Shown here piece by piece: positions 39,301 to 53,301 of a stretch of DNA of 64,000 bases (the stretch's first letter is position 1; the number at the start of each line of letters is the position of its first letter). Source of the DNA: Calcarisporiella thermophila CBS 279.70. Lineage: Eukaryota > Fungi > Calcarisporiellomycota. Made by a program: the position numbers and the translations under genes. The notes below the pieces were generated by a model, which worked only from the letters and a program-made list of their open reading frames with translations, searched no databases and had not been told where the DNA came from. The DNA lies in contig NW_027192203.1 of assembly GCF_041956535.1 (NCBI RefSeq), forward strand, positions 383,565-447,564. The letters run 5' to 3'.

Positions 39301-42300
39301 CTAGGATTCCGCAGACATCTCTTCCATCACCCGTTTGTAAATCTTGCGGTGCGGTTTGATCTCCTTCGCTACGCCTGCTGCCGAAATCTGCTGGTATCCA
39401 CCGCGAGTGCTCACTGAGCTTAACCGCCTTCCGCCGGCCCACCCGCGGTTAAATAGCCAACGCCAGGTGGATCCAATAAAGCGTGAAAGAGGAGGGAACC
39501 AGTACTTTTCGCACCCATATGCCAGCGCGAAATACCCAACTCCTGCAACGCCGATGAACATGCGCCAGATAAGGGGCTCGGGGACCAGTTCCATCAGGGG
39601 AATGGTGTTTGCAGGGGCGAGGATCAAAGCCGTCGTCAATAGGAGAAGAAGCCCGGTGGTAATGACAAACGGCCCATTGGTCCACATTGGTTTCCGATAA
39701 GGCGGTCCAACGCTGAACACCACCGCAATCAGGATATATTGGAAACAGCTAAAGAGGAAGAGGGTCGTGTTCTCAAAGCACAGGATATTCTGCCCCTCGG
39801 GGTCATACACCGGAGGGGTGTACCATGGCTGAGCGCGTACCGCAAAGAAGAGGAGCATTTGGAACAGGCCTTGAATAAGCACCTGTCCAATCAGCGAGGT
39901 GAGCACCTTTTTGGACACCAGGGAGGCCGTGGGCTGCTTGGGGAAGATTTTAGGATAGGCACCCGTTCGACCCATGAAGACGGCAATTGGCAGAATGAGG
40001 AACAAATCTATATACAGAAACTATGTAAATAGAGCAGAAAAGGGGCAAATTAGACACATTTCAGTCCGGAGGGTTTGCGAAGCAAATATCGCGCTTACCT
40101 GGAAATCGCCGAGGTTAGATGCGAACGAGTAGAGGAAACTCACGGTGGTAAACTGGATGAGCGAGTAGAGTGCCATGTATTTGAAACAGCTGAAGCTAGT
40201 AACAAGCGCCGCTCGACCCTCACGGATTAGCTTAAGCACGCAGCTGATGTCGGTGGAACGGCTCGTGAATGGAGCAGCAACTGAAGCTTCGGCCTCAGAG
40301 AGCGAGAGGCCGACATCAGCAGCACGGAGGGCTCCGCAGTCGTTTGCTCCATCGCCACAAAACCCGACCGAATATCCAATGGATTGGAGACGTTCAACCA
40401 GATCGTGTTTTTGATCCGGAGACATGCGCGCGTACACCTGGCCCTTCACAAGCATCTGGGAGAGGAAAAAAAGGAGTAAGGTGACCGAGGTGAATAAATA
40501 GGAGAATGGGCAAAATACAGACCCTGTTCAACAGGTCGACAGGTGCAAAGCTAACCATCCACTCATACACGTCTCCACTAAGAGCAATGTCAAATTCATT
40601 GATATCGAACTTGGCGTAGGGAGATTCGGAGGCCTCTAGGACGGAATACCTTCGAGCTTCAGGCTGAAAACAGGGGTAAGAGTGAGCGGGAAGATTCAAA
40701 CAGAAAACACGTAGAGGGTGGTGTTTACCATCAACGAATCAGCTTTTAATCTATCATTTGGATCGTCTACATTTTCCCACACCAACGCGCTATCTTCTTC
40801 CTGGGGCCCACCTGATAAAAATTTGCCTACGTAGACACGGCCCTGCTTATTGACAATTCCGCACTCTCGCGACACTGAAATGGCGGTGAGAACATTGTCA
40901 CCGGTACACATGGTTTGGCGAATGCGAGCCTCGCGCAAAATGGAGATGACGGGGGAAGTTCCTGGCTTGAGTTTATTCTCAAACACAATGAAGCCTAAAA
41001 AATGCAGGTCGGATTCAACTTGCTCGCGCTTGATCTTCTGCGCCTTGACCCAAGTGAGACCATCTAGCCGTTTGTATGCGCAAGCAATCACTCGGTAACC
41101 ATGATGAGTGTAGTAAGAAAGCTTTTCCATATAATCCTCAGGAACTAGGTATGGGAAAGAAGAGTTGGAACCAATGATCAACAAAGAGAGGAAGGAGAGA
41201 GAGGGAGATTTTGGATTTGGAACTTACTTGTGTCCTTTGCACATATTTCGCTCATGATTTCCGGAGCTCCCTTCACATATGCCTCCATAGTCTTACTCTT
41301 CAGACGCTTTATAATGACGCTCATCCGCCGTAGAGAGGAAACGAAATCAAAAGTGCGGATAATTCCCAATTCCAGGAAGGACATATCCTTATTATCGCTT
41401 AACACTTCAAGTCGGAAGCTTCCTACGCCTGGGGGCCGCACCACGGTGGGCACAATTCCACGCCCTTTTTTGCTTGGTTTGGCCCCTGGTATATTGATTT
41501 CTGATAGGGCATTTTTATCTCCCGCGCTGTCTGCCGAGAATCCACCCTCCTCCAACGTCCACCGTGTAAACTCAAACATCTTCAGGTCGAGCGGATCCCC
41601 GATCAACTCACCGTTCACCAGTTTTAGTGCGTGGCAAGTCGCCATGGCGCACAGCATTGGGGGTGGCCCACGGCCCTCCCCATTCCCGGACTCATCTACC
41701 GACGAGTTCGGATTGATTATTCGAGAGGAAGGGATTACCTCAGCCGCATGATACAGATCGGTAAACCGTCCCTTTTCCCGATTTACACACCGAATTCCGA
41801 GCACGTCAAGTCCCTCTTCCGTTAGTGTGCCCGTCTTGTCAAAGCACATTACATCGACTTTGCCAGCAACATTGACACGATTGGGTGATATACAGAATAT
41901 CTCTTTCTCTCGAAGCCGGCGTAGCGCAAAATTGGTGCCGATAGTCATGGTGGCTGGAAGCGCTGGGGGAACAACGATGGTAATAAGATCGAGAGCGCGG
42001 AGCATCATTTCCCACTTATCGAAGTTTAGCTTAATGAAATTATATAACGACACAAAAAACCCGCAAATGGCTAGAGTAGAGGAGGATATCAAATGCATTA
42101 GAATAGGATCTTTGGATGGCCTTGTTCCGTTTGCGTCTATATATACCTAGAAACGCGAGCACACCAATAAACTTGAAAGAGTCTTGATAAAATTTAAATA
42201 CATTCGGTCTCGGGAATAGGATTGCTCGAACCAGCGAACCTTTTGCAGTGTTAAAGCCGGTCCGTACAACCATCGCCAGCGCACGACCTGTTGGAGTACG

Positions 42301-44313
42301 GTCATCCGCAATCGTTCCCATCACCTTATCTCCTCTCACACGAACAATTTTTGTGCCAGAAAATAGGAAGTGCTTCGCAACCTCGGGTGGGATATTGCTC
42401 TGACCAGGATCCAATTGGCGTAAAGCAGCATCGGTGGAGGGTATTTTTGCGACGGGTACTGATTCACCCGTTAGCATAGATTCATTCACAATACAATCAC
42501 CGGTGAGCAGCAAAGCATCGCATGGGAATATCTGTAAATCCGCCTCCGCCACATCGAATATATCGCCAGGCACGAGATCTTCGGACTTGATTTCACGCCA
42601 AAGCCCGTTACGGCATACTAGCACATTACACGAGAAGCGAGACATCTCTCGCATTTTCTTAATGTTCTATTGTATAGAAATAGAACGTTAGGATACTAAC
42701 ACTAACTGTGGAATGAGAATACAATTGCTTACCCTTTTGGTGTCTATTAATGAGAACACAACGCTCACAGTGGATATAATCAGAATGGTGACGGCATAGT
42801 AGTAGTAGTCGTTTATGGTCCACAGGAGAATGGAGAATATTTGAAACACAAAAAATGGGTGGAGAACCTTTATACAAAATACGTACACGATAAGTAAGTG
42901 GTTTGGGGGGAGGAGGTGGGAAGGAAATCCAATTCAAACCTCATCAAATAATATCCGGAAGGTAGACTTTTCGTGAATATCAATAAGGTTCTCGCCAAAC
43001 ACCATTTTGCGTTCACGGTGGGTCTCACGGTTCAGGCCGTTACGAACAAATCTAACCGCTGTCCATTGTCTATCTTTCCAAAATCTATAAGCGGTTTTTT
43101 AAAAAAATTAAATATGGATACGTCGATGAGTTATCTATTGTTAATTCTTAGGGAAGATGCATTCATACCCATTCTGAACAAATTGTTGGAATCCAGGATG
43201 AAAAACAAATCGAATGTATCTGTAATCGAAGTACTGAAGATTCCAGAGAATGTCAGTGGGACGCCATTTCGATTCCCCATTCTCGTTATTAGTTCCAACA
43301 TAGTCCTCTCTTGAAAACACAGATGATATCTGGCCTCCAAAATAGTCATGATGCACGCGCTCAATGGTTAATTCTCCCCATTCATTCTATGGCAAATTGA
43401 ATGGACAGACAGGGAGGTTTAAAATTCATACTCATAGAGGACTTAGGGAAAAGTTAGCTCTAACGATTAGATTACCTCTACCACCATGTAATTCGCCTCA
43501 TTAAGAGGGCATTTGCGACCTGCAAATCTGATATAAATGCTCGGTATCCACCGACCAAGCAAAAATAGCAGACCACCCGTAAGTATACAACTTCCATAAT
43601 AAAGGAAGAGCATAAGGCTATTAAAGTGATAACCGCTTAACCAGATCTACAAATACAGTAGAAATAAGCTGCCGCGCAGAAGACTCTTTCAACAAGTTTA
43701 CGTACTTTTAACCCTTCTTCCTCCAAATAGATTTGCTGCACACTTATATTTTCAGAATCAGCTTCCGATCCTAAGTTGATTCAAAATTAAGTATTTGGAA
43801 CTATTTCATCACTGACTAATTTCTCTCACCAAATCCTTTCAAGCGAACTTCACCTAATCGAGACTTTGTTCCGCTACCTAGCATGTTATGAGCTACGGTC
43901 ATTTCATCGTCTTCCTCCATTTCCAGCTCATCGTCTTCATCCTCATCCTCTTCTTCTGTATGATGGAGCGTTCGATCCTCCTCAAATTGGTCAGACAACA
44001 ATCCAGCAGCCACATGATTCCGCATCGCAGAAGGAAGGCTTCCTGAGGATAAAACAGGGACTTCGTTAAACTCAGAATTAGAATTGAAGACCGGTGGTGA
44101 ATAAATCAGAGGTTGTTCAGTTGCTCTCAGTGCTTTAGAGTTGCCTAGAGAGGATGTCAAGGGACTCGAAACCATGGGGGGAGGAGGCTCTTGAGGGGGG
44201 GTGCCATATTTGTTGTGACGAACACGGGGCGACCCGACAATAGATGGAGGACCAGAGTGCACCATGTCGAAGCTCGAAGAACCACGAGAAGGTGGAGTCT
44301 GTGTCATCGCCAA
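39301..44313 (-). CDS. YPK9: P5B-type ATPase (Ypk9/ATP13A2-like)
   Basis: [45 protein letters not shown] and [10 protein letters not shown]; 10-TM layout. Start position approximate. Confidence 0.95.
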
Positions 44314-44910
44314 GGCATAAGACTTAGAAAAGATGTAAGAAGTAGGTGATTATGGGAGGGTGCCGGAGGGCGTCACTTTGCTAATCTGAGGTATTGGAGA
44401 TCAAATCAACCAAATAAACAGCAGGAGCAGAGATCTGAAAGAAGCTAAATAGAGGATGGTATACAGCAGAAATTTGCGCTCTACAGAGAGAAGTGCCAAA
44501 GTTGTGAGCCGCAAGGGAAGTGGCAGGAAGAGATCACTCAAGAAAATGCAATTGCTTAAGATAGGGCATAAAATAAGCACAAAACCATCAGCTGTCTCTT
44601 TCTCTTCTTATGGTGGTATTTCTGCCTAACTTTTACAGGCGACAAACTATTCAGACGATGGATTATAAGGCAATTGAAAAGGAAAGAGGTGCTGTAGGGA
44701 GGTCTCGAGTTTGTTTAAATGAGGAAATAAATTTTTAAGATAACTTACCAGTTGGGATTACTCACAAGGGCTTTCGAGTTGGAACTGAGATTGGAAATAT
44801 CCATACATTATCCCACTTCCGATTTCGTATTGCTCAGAGTTCTATCTTAACATAGAAATCTTGGAGTTGAAAGGGCTTTTCAACATCAATCCGATCACCT
44901 GATTTGAAAG

Positions 44911-45877
44911 ATGGACGCTCCAGCTGGCTCAGAACTCTTCCAGAGCTATGAACAAGATTACACCACCCTTGCAGATAGCTTGCAGGCTAAAATCCAACAT
45001 CATATACCTTCCCAGACTGGAGGTACCGACATTTTGTGCCGAAGAATATAAAAAATATCCATTAAATCAGCGATTATTAACTCATCCATCCAATTAATAG
45101 AACAGAAGAAGACCACTGTTCGAGCGGCAGAGCGTGAGTTGGAGGAGGCAGATGAGATTGTATGCATTGATATTCTATTTGGAGAGGTGCGGAAATTTGC
45201 TAAAATGACTTCTTAATTCATAATATAGGTAGCGCAAATGGAGATGGAAGTTCTTAATCTTCCTCAATCGGCGCGAAATCGTTTACAATCTCGTCTACGT
45301 AGCTATAAATCTGATCTAGACAAACTCAAACGTGATTTGGTTAGTAGATCTATCCTTCGCCGGTTCAGTATGACAGTAATATTAAATTCTGGGTTGATAG
45401 AAACGCACCATTAGCTCTGCACCTTCTATGGATCCTCGTGAAGAACTCTTCGCTGGAGTAGGAAATGATACCTCTTTTGATGCTGCCGTATCTGATCAAC
45501 GTTCCCGACTTCTGAGCGGTACCGATCGTCTGGCAAATAGTAGTAGAAGACTACAGGAGAGTCATCGGATCGCACTCGAGACGGAGAGTATTGGAGCAAA
45601 TGTCCTTGGAACGCTACGCCAGCAACGAGAGCAAATTATAAATACCCGTGACACGCTTGGTGATGCAGACTCTTATATTGATAAGGCGCAGCGTACGCTC
45701 AAGGGCATGGCGAGAAGGTTCGGATGTAGCCCCTTTCTTGAGACCTCTGTACTCAGTCCTTGAGCCTAACATCTCATGATTTCTAATAGGATGGCCACCA
45801 ATCGCTTGATTACTGCAGCTATCATTATTGTGCTCGTTGCATTGATTTGCCTTGTGATCTACCGCAAATTTTTCTGA
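44911..45877 (+). CDS. VTI1: Qb-SNARE Vti1
   Basis: SELFQSYEQDY, ELEEADEI, QMEME, DQRSRLLSGTDRL, ALETESIGANVLGTLRQQREQI and a C-terminal TM segment. Confidence 0.95.
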
Positions 45878-46289
45878 GAACGTGCTCTACTTGCAAAATA
45901 TTTCGCAGCCTCATTAATGATATTTTCCTCTCTTTATCTACACAACATGTAATTTCACATTTTTTTCCCCCTTATTATGCGTTTTCTTTCTTTCCTTTTG
46001 TTCTTTTCCTAATATAAAGGATTTTTTTTTCTATATGTAGCCTTTTGTAGAAGCACACACATATAAAACTATTCTTTATCTTTACTTTTGCACAACAATA
46101 TAAAAAACCAAAAAGAAACATTCAAGCAAAGAGAAAAAAAAAAGAAAGAAAAAACGAAATATATATCTCTCACCCGCTATCAAGGATATAGTTAAAGAAA
46201 AGGAAAGAAAGATAAGAAAATATGAATATATACCATAAAAGAAATAGGAGTTGCGTAAGGGGTTCTATTTTATTTTTTTGGCGAGTAGG

Positions 46290-47637
46290 TCATTTTAACT
46301 CCAACCATTTTTTCAAGCAACTGTAGGGGTTAAAGTCAAAGTTATCCTCAACTTTGCATGCACAGGTCTTATAAACGTCAGTGTCTGCCGCAGGGCAATG
46401 GAGGAAAGGCGAGACCCGATAACCAATATCATTCCAGAAGTGAACTTCTTTCTTGCTCAAGAACAGGTAAGCACTTAATGAAGTCATCACCGCATCTCCC
46501 CTATAGAAAATTTGCAAAAATTTAATACCAAGTATTGGCGATCTCGATAATTATTAAAATAATCAATAAATATACCATCGCTCATAAAAGATGCCGCCGC
46601 TCTTGTCAAGGAAGTCAAAGTATTTAGTGTACTGCTCACCACGGAAGAATTTCAAATCACCAATCTAAGTACCAATGCATATGTTAACAGAGCTCTAATT
46701 TGTTAGCGAATAATGGAACTATGGGGGTGGAATTACCAAGAAATTCGTCCAGAAGTGGCATAAGTTAAAGTCTCCTTGCTCATTCAGCATGAATTTACGG
46801 ATGCCGTCTTCACCTTGATATACAAGATCTGAGTTTTTCTCAGCAAACTCCTGCATGGTACGCCATAGGGTGGGAATTGTGTCGTGGTACTCATACATTG
46901 AGACAGAGAACGTGTATTTGATGCCATTCTTATGCATAAACTCAAACGGATCGTAAGAGAGTGAGCAGAGGAACTCACTTCCAGGTTCGAATCGCCAGAA
47001 ATAATCATAGTTTTGGAAAATAGGGTCTCTGGTAGAGCCATCAATGGATGTTAGTGCTGCGTAAGAGTTAAAATCGATTAGCAAGAACTTACTTGAACAT
47101 GGTTCCAGCAAGGAATCGTGATTGTAACCGATAAAATTCAGAGTCGCCGTATAAAATTCCCTTCATTGCTTGTCGGGTGGCATTTGCTTTCTCCATGTTA
47201 ATCCACTTCGGATAACCCCACAATTCTTCAGGGATTTTTTTGAAGATGACGGATGCATTCTTGGGCAGCGAGGATACCAATTCTTTGAATTCATCCGAGA
47301 AGTCTTCATCGCTGAAAATAATATAGGGGTATCCATGCTGCGCGTTGAAGGAGTCCTCGATATTTCTCATTGTAGGACGAACGCGATGGAGCTGGTCATT
47401 TCGTGCATAGGTGACAATGGCAGCACGTAAATTGGGATTGGGATGATGGACATCCAATGATTCATGATATTCCCAGGTATTATCTTCATAGCGCGGGTAG
47501 GATTCGGAACCTGTGAATTTTGACCTTGTTGAACGCAATAGCATATGCCGGCTGGAAGCAATAATAAGTAAGGCAACGCATATAAAGGTGATGATCAGGC
47601 CCATCCGGAAGCCGCTAGGGCGAAGTAGTTTCGGCAT
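46290..47637 (-). CDS. Glycosyltransferase family 15 alpha-1,2-mannosyltransferase (Kre2/Mnt1-like)
   Basis: Type II TM anchor, [46 protein letters not shown] and [11 protein letters not shown]. Confidence 0.93.
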
Positions 47638-49064
47638 GATGGCGCGTGCTAGAAATTAATAGTAATACCAGTATGTATAAAAGAACGATGAAAATAGGGG
47701 CTTGATGTATTAAGAAATAAGAAGGAATGAGATAAGACAAATGCCTATGCTAGTATCTGTGGTGGAGCAGAAATAAAAAATAGACTAAAAAATGATCATA
47801 ATTTGGGAACGCCAGGTTCCCCGACTGGCAATGTGCGTCAATCTTTTGAGAAATTTAGGTTCCTAAGAGCTAGAGAGAAATGGGGATAATCAGAAGTACG
47901 GGGGATGGGATATTCGGCGAAAGAAACAATTTGGAGCAGTGATAGCGAAGGGAATAGCCGGAATATCCCCGAGCATAGACCCCTTAGTGGTTGTCGGTAT
48001 AGAGCCCTAACCCAGCGTTTGCCCTTCTAAGTCTTCCTGCTGAAACACAGCCAAGATGAAGTGGATCACCTCTTCCCCGTTGGTCATTTGCTTGTTGCTC
48101 AATGTGTAAGCGGAATATGAAGATTAATCCTAAATCCTCTTTTCAGTTTCAGCTCCTCGCTTTTCCTCAAATGATTGTAATCTCCATTATCAAATGCTAT
48201 CGGGATTAGAAGCAAAGCCATCTGTTACTTGTGTGGCTGCGAATCCTTTTCTCCTTGATCCCTTGGAAACGGAGCCGCTAGTACAAGACTCGCTAACCCC
48301 CCCGAAACGGGCTTAGGGCCCAATCTGCTTTGGATTGTTTTCCAATCTTTTAATTGTTTATTTCGTTTTCTCGAATCATCAGATTTCTTGGGCTTAGCCT
48401 CCCTCTGACCTCACTTTTTTTGCTTCAGAAAACAGAGATTGAGGCACAGCATCTCATCAATCAAAATTCTGCCGGCTCGCTCCTTCCCATTTTTCTCTTC
48501 TTCCTTTTTTTCTCTTCCTCTTTTTCATCCCATACACATTATTCTACTAGCAGCGACCCGTCCATTCTTCGATATCTTTATCACTCCCGTTTGCTTTTAT
48601 TTATATTTCTTTATCTTTTGTGTTTTTGAACAGGCTAAGCAACCATCCACACACTTACAGCAGGAATATGGTATTTGAGATTGACCGTCAGTTATTATTT
48701 GTGAATAAGTCGCAAAGGTCGCAAGTTTTGGCCACCATCTCTCTATAGCCTTTAGTCTATTATCCCCCTTCTCCTCTGCTCCTACTCCATTTGCTGGAGG
48801 GGCTCTCAATTTTCACTTATTTTACCATCTACAATTTGTGTTGATTGCTATCGTGTCTATTTCTCTTTTGATCCTCTTCATTTTGAGGTTGCAAGAGAAG
48901 GGGTGGCTATCTTTTCTACTCTGTTTCCCTCTTGTTTAAATTCTTTAATTCATAAATTTTTTGCTGTTTAATCATTCTGTCTATTTACTTGTTTTATTTT
49001 CTTTTCTCTTTATAATTTATTCACCACCCTCCTCTCTTTGATTTTTATTCTTTCTGTTTTCCCT

Positions 49065-50546
49065 ATGGTTTTTATCAACGGCACCAAGTACGCCTGTGCG
49101 ACCTGTATCAAGGTGAGTAGAGCTCTATTTCCCTCTAGTTCACACTTGTTTTTCACATCTCGCTTCTCTAGGGTCATCGCTCAACTCAGTGTCATCATGC
49201 AGATCGCCCTCTGTACGAGATTAGACGTAAAGGAAGACCGCTCAGTCAATGCCAGCACTGCCGTGAACTGCGTAAGAACAAGCAGCTTCACATCAAGTGC
49301 AATTGTAGCGAAAAAATAAAAGGGGTATGCGTCACTTTCAGATTCTTGATTCATCCTTGGGTTGGGCTCATTCCTCTCTTTTTTAATATTAGGCAACGAT
49401 GAGCCCGCTCTGCCCTTTGGCATTCTTGGCCTTTTGCCCATTGCTTCGTCCAATTGTGACCACAATTTCACAGAATCAGCCCATTGTTCCTGCTACTCTG
49501 CTCGCCATAATCTTGTGGGTTACGATGAGAAGGGTGCGCCTTGCTATCAGACAATTCCCCTCCCCACCGACAGCTCTGCCATGCCCCAACCGATGGTTAG
49601 AAACCAGAAGGGCGATTTATCTGAAAGCGGTACCCCTCCACCTCGTTTTGGTATGGAGCACTCGGAATCTCCCCATAAAGTGGTATCTGTACCGTCGAAT
49701 GAGCACAATCTCAACCCTGTGTTTATCTCTTGCACCCTCCCTTCAGCTAGCCTGAAGGACAAAACTAAACTGGAAGACAGTTCCGCCAACCTTGACTATC
49801 TCTTGGCAGCGCAACCTCGTAGTGAACGCTCTTCCGTCTCTGCTGTTTCACACGACGGGAGCGGCGATGAACTTGGAGAGACGACTACTCTGTGCTCAAA
49901 CAAAACCGCGACCGTAGCCAACTCTACCAACTCATTTGCCATTCCTAGCGTTCCGCGCAATAAGGCAGGACATATAGCCGAGCTCCCTTCCCCAATGTCA
50001 TCGCCCAACGAACAGTTGAACGGATGGATCGGCCCCTCTTCGGCTCCTGTTTCCACCACCAGTCTAGCCTCTGTTCCTCACGCCTTTGCTTATGTATCTG
50101 GGTCGGCTTCTGCTTCCACCACTGATCTATTGAACCATACTACATCCTATCCCACAGCCCCGCCCACAGATTATTCTGGCACTGCCAGTTTCTGTGGCTC
50201 TGCCACCAGCGAAGGCGAAGATGCCGATATGGATAACGATACGCCCGCGTACTTGTCTGAATGCGAGTTTGCGTTGGATGAACAGCAGCGTGCGGCCCTG
50301 CTCAGTGAGCTTGACCGTACTTGTAGCGACGATTTTCTCAGCCAAATCTATGGCGGCTACTCCAATGTCCAACGCGACACACCCTACGCTGCATCTTCTA
50401 CTGCGTCGTCTGTTGTTGGAGCTGGAGACGAGAGAGATGGAGAATTTAATGATGGTCTGGCGATGAAATGTACTTCCTTAGACTCCTTTGAGTGCTTTGG
50501 GGATCTCTGTGAGGAGTATTTGCTGGGTGAGCAACCGCCGATGTAA
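49065..50546 (+). CDS. Copper-fist DNA-binding transcription factor (Ace1/Mac1/Haa1 family)
   Basis: Spliced MVFINGTKYACATCIKGHRSTQCHHADRPLYEIRRKGRPLSQCQHCRELRK...KCNC, followed by a Ser-rich and acidic C-terminus. Confidence 0.93.
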
Positions 50547-50942
50547 CCCGATCTCCCACTGCACTTTATAGGTTTTTTTAGTTTTAGTTTTTTTTTTTTT
50601 TTCTTCTCCCTTTTATTTTCTTCCGCTTATTATATATTGTTTATATTTCCTTTTTTTATCGATAGGTTATATTTAGGCTTCTCTTTCTTCCCCTCTTTAT
50701 TTTTCATTGCAAGATTTCCAAGGTTTTTATTTTCTTTCCCGAAGCAGTTGTAGATCAATTTTTTTTTTTGTTTTGTGAGTATCTGTGACGAGGCCTTTGT
50801 ATGAAATGTCACTTTTTCTCTCTTTCTCCCTCTTCCCTTGGAGAATAAATGTTTATGGTCATTTTTTATGGAAAATTATAAATTCAAGGCAGACAATGAA
50901 AAGTGTAAATATATAAAGACGCTACAAGAATCGAAAGATTTT

Positions 50943-53107
50943 TCAGGTCTTGTTCGTATTGACATATTCATTATACCTCTCTCTAACAAATATCTTACAA
51001 AGCTCTAGGAACTTGGGCTCCTCCTCCTTGCTTAAACCTTTGCTTGGAATGGTAGCAAGCTGCCACTCCAGAACATCCTGCAGGAGATTTCTGATGACGG
51101 GGCCCGGTCGGATCCCTAGCAGCTTTGCAACCTCCTTGCCCTGTGATCAAACCATAGATAAATATTAGCCAAAAAATGGAGGTATCCATATACAACATGC
51201 TTGTATTATATGGGCACAAGCATTTGGTAACTCAGAATTGAAAAAAGGACATACATCAAGCAGTGGTCGCATCCTCCAGCACTCCTCGAGATGCTCATCA
51301 CGGATCATCTGCATCAGTGCCTGGTATCTTTGAATAATACTTGCCACCTGCTCACTTGTATCCAATTGTTCGTACAGCGGCAATAATTCGTCTATTAGCG
51401 ATGTTGTAATGGTAAGCGGCCAACTCGGCTGCATAACTTTGGTGGAAGCGATGTCCATGATCAGGGTCCCGAGTTTGACACGGGTGAGCGCGCCAGCTTC
51501 ATGCTTGCGGACGGCCTCTTGAATGGTGGAGCGATAGTGCATCAGTTTGGAGATAGTCTCATTGTCCGAGTTTGCAAACTATAGAGGATACTATTAGCGA
51601 CAGGCACTAAACAAGGAAAGGGTTCCGGACTATCTATTCTACCTTTAGGCCTTCTCGAATAATAAAGTGTACAGCCGGTACTTCCTTTTTCTTGTCCATT
51701 GCTACCATTGACCGGTACGGCATCAGAGCCGAAACAAGCCACATGAAGCGCTGCTGATCCTCGGTTGTCACCGGAGTATACCGGGTTTTGGCTCTGTTCG
51801 CAAGTAGCCAAGCAAAGATTCTAGCAGCGCGGATACCGACCTCAAAATCTTCAATCTCTCCCTCCACTACCTTGACCTCTGAAGGGAAGAGGAAAACAGA
51901 ATCGTAGAGACCAAATTCAAGAATATGCTCAAAGGCCATTACCGGGTTAGGACCTGTGGAGTCAAAGGAATATTAAAACTTGGCACTTCGTTATTTAAAG
52001 CATATTATACTATACCTCGAATCATCCTGTCTACCTCTGTTCCAATCCGCTCTCGACTAATTTTCCAATGTAATGCCTCGCGGATACGCTCATCTGCTGC
52101 CGCGGTCTTAATGTTTTCAACCAAGCGGAAAGAAAAGCGGCTTGCAAAGCGTATACAGCGCAAGACCCGCAATGGATCATCTCGGAATGTCTCGAAGGCG
52201 GGAAGGGGCGTCCTTACAATCCCTTCTGCTAAGTCTCTGATTCCCTGATATGGATAGAGGATTAGACAGGGGAAAAGCATGCGAAGAGTGGAAAAGATGA
52301 ATAAAAGAAAAATCCCCCACCTGGCCAGTATAATCCTCCACTCGGTGACTATGTACATTATAAAACAGGGAATTGATGGTGATATCTCTCCGATAAGCGT
52401 CTTCTTCCGGAGTCCCGAATTGCACTTCTTTGGGGATGCGACTGTCTCCATCGTATAATTCTTTCCGTAAATTCACGAAATCGATCTCTAGACCTAACAA
52501 TCGTGTGGTGGCTGTTTCGAGATGTTTGGACTTCTCCGGATTGGTATCAATTTTTGCAACACTCCGTGTTTGAATGCCTCGAGCAGCGAGATACTTATTG
52601 ACATGTTGTGCGAATTCAAAACCCATCATTGTATTTATGGCCACATCTATATCATGGCATTGGAGACCCAGCAGCTGAAGGAATAAAAACAAGTATACCG
52701 ACTCCGTAAATGGCTGTCTTAATACAGGGTTATGACACACTTTTTTTTACCTTGTCTCGGACCCAACCTCCAGCAATCCTGAGCTCCAATTTGGGAAGAT
52801 CTGGCCTTGTCTCTTGTATATGTTTGGTAACATCGTCTAGTAATTTACATAGATTGGCTTCTTCCTCAGTAAGAACGACCCGCATGGCTGCGTTTGAGAA
52901 TGAAGAGTGTCCGTACGTTTCTGGTTGGGATTTGTTGTGGTGGCGATGTGTCGAGGTGAGAGGAGAGTAAGGATGCTGCCGTCGTTGCGACAGCGCTTGC
53001 TTGGCGGGATGTTCGGCAGGCAAGGTGATAATCTTTTTAGATAAAACGAAAGCTGCGTTTGGTTTGATGAACGCTGATCTCAGTAATAAAGAGGACGGTA
53101 TTCGCAT
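50943..53107 (-). CDS. CCA1: CCA tRNA nucleotidyltransferase
   Basis: LRIAGGWVRDKLLG, HDIDVA, NPEKSKHLETAT, DFVNLRKE, EDAYRRDITINSLFYN, DDPLRVLRCIRFASRF and KISRERIG. Confidence 0.96.
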
Positions 53108-53301
53108 TAGCGACAGAGAAGGTTAACGAAGAACCATAACAGATACGCGCAAAATTGTGACTATCTGTGACTCCTTGGTGACTTTTATTTTGAATGTTGA
53201 CAGGGAAGACATTTTAGAAATAGATTATGTATTGCAAAATAAATTATAAAATATTGTCCTTATTTTTTTTTTTGCTTTAGTTTCTCCAAACAATTATACC
53301 A

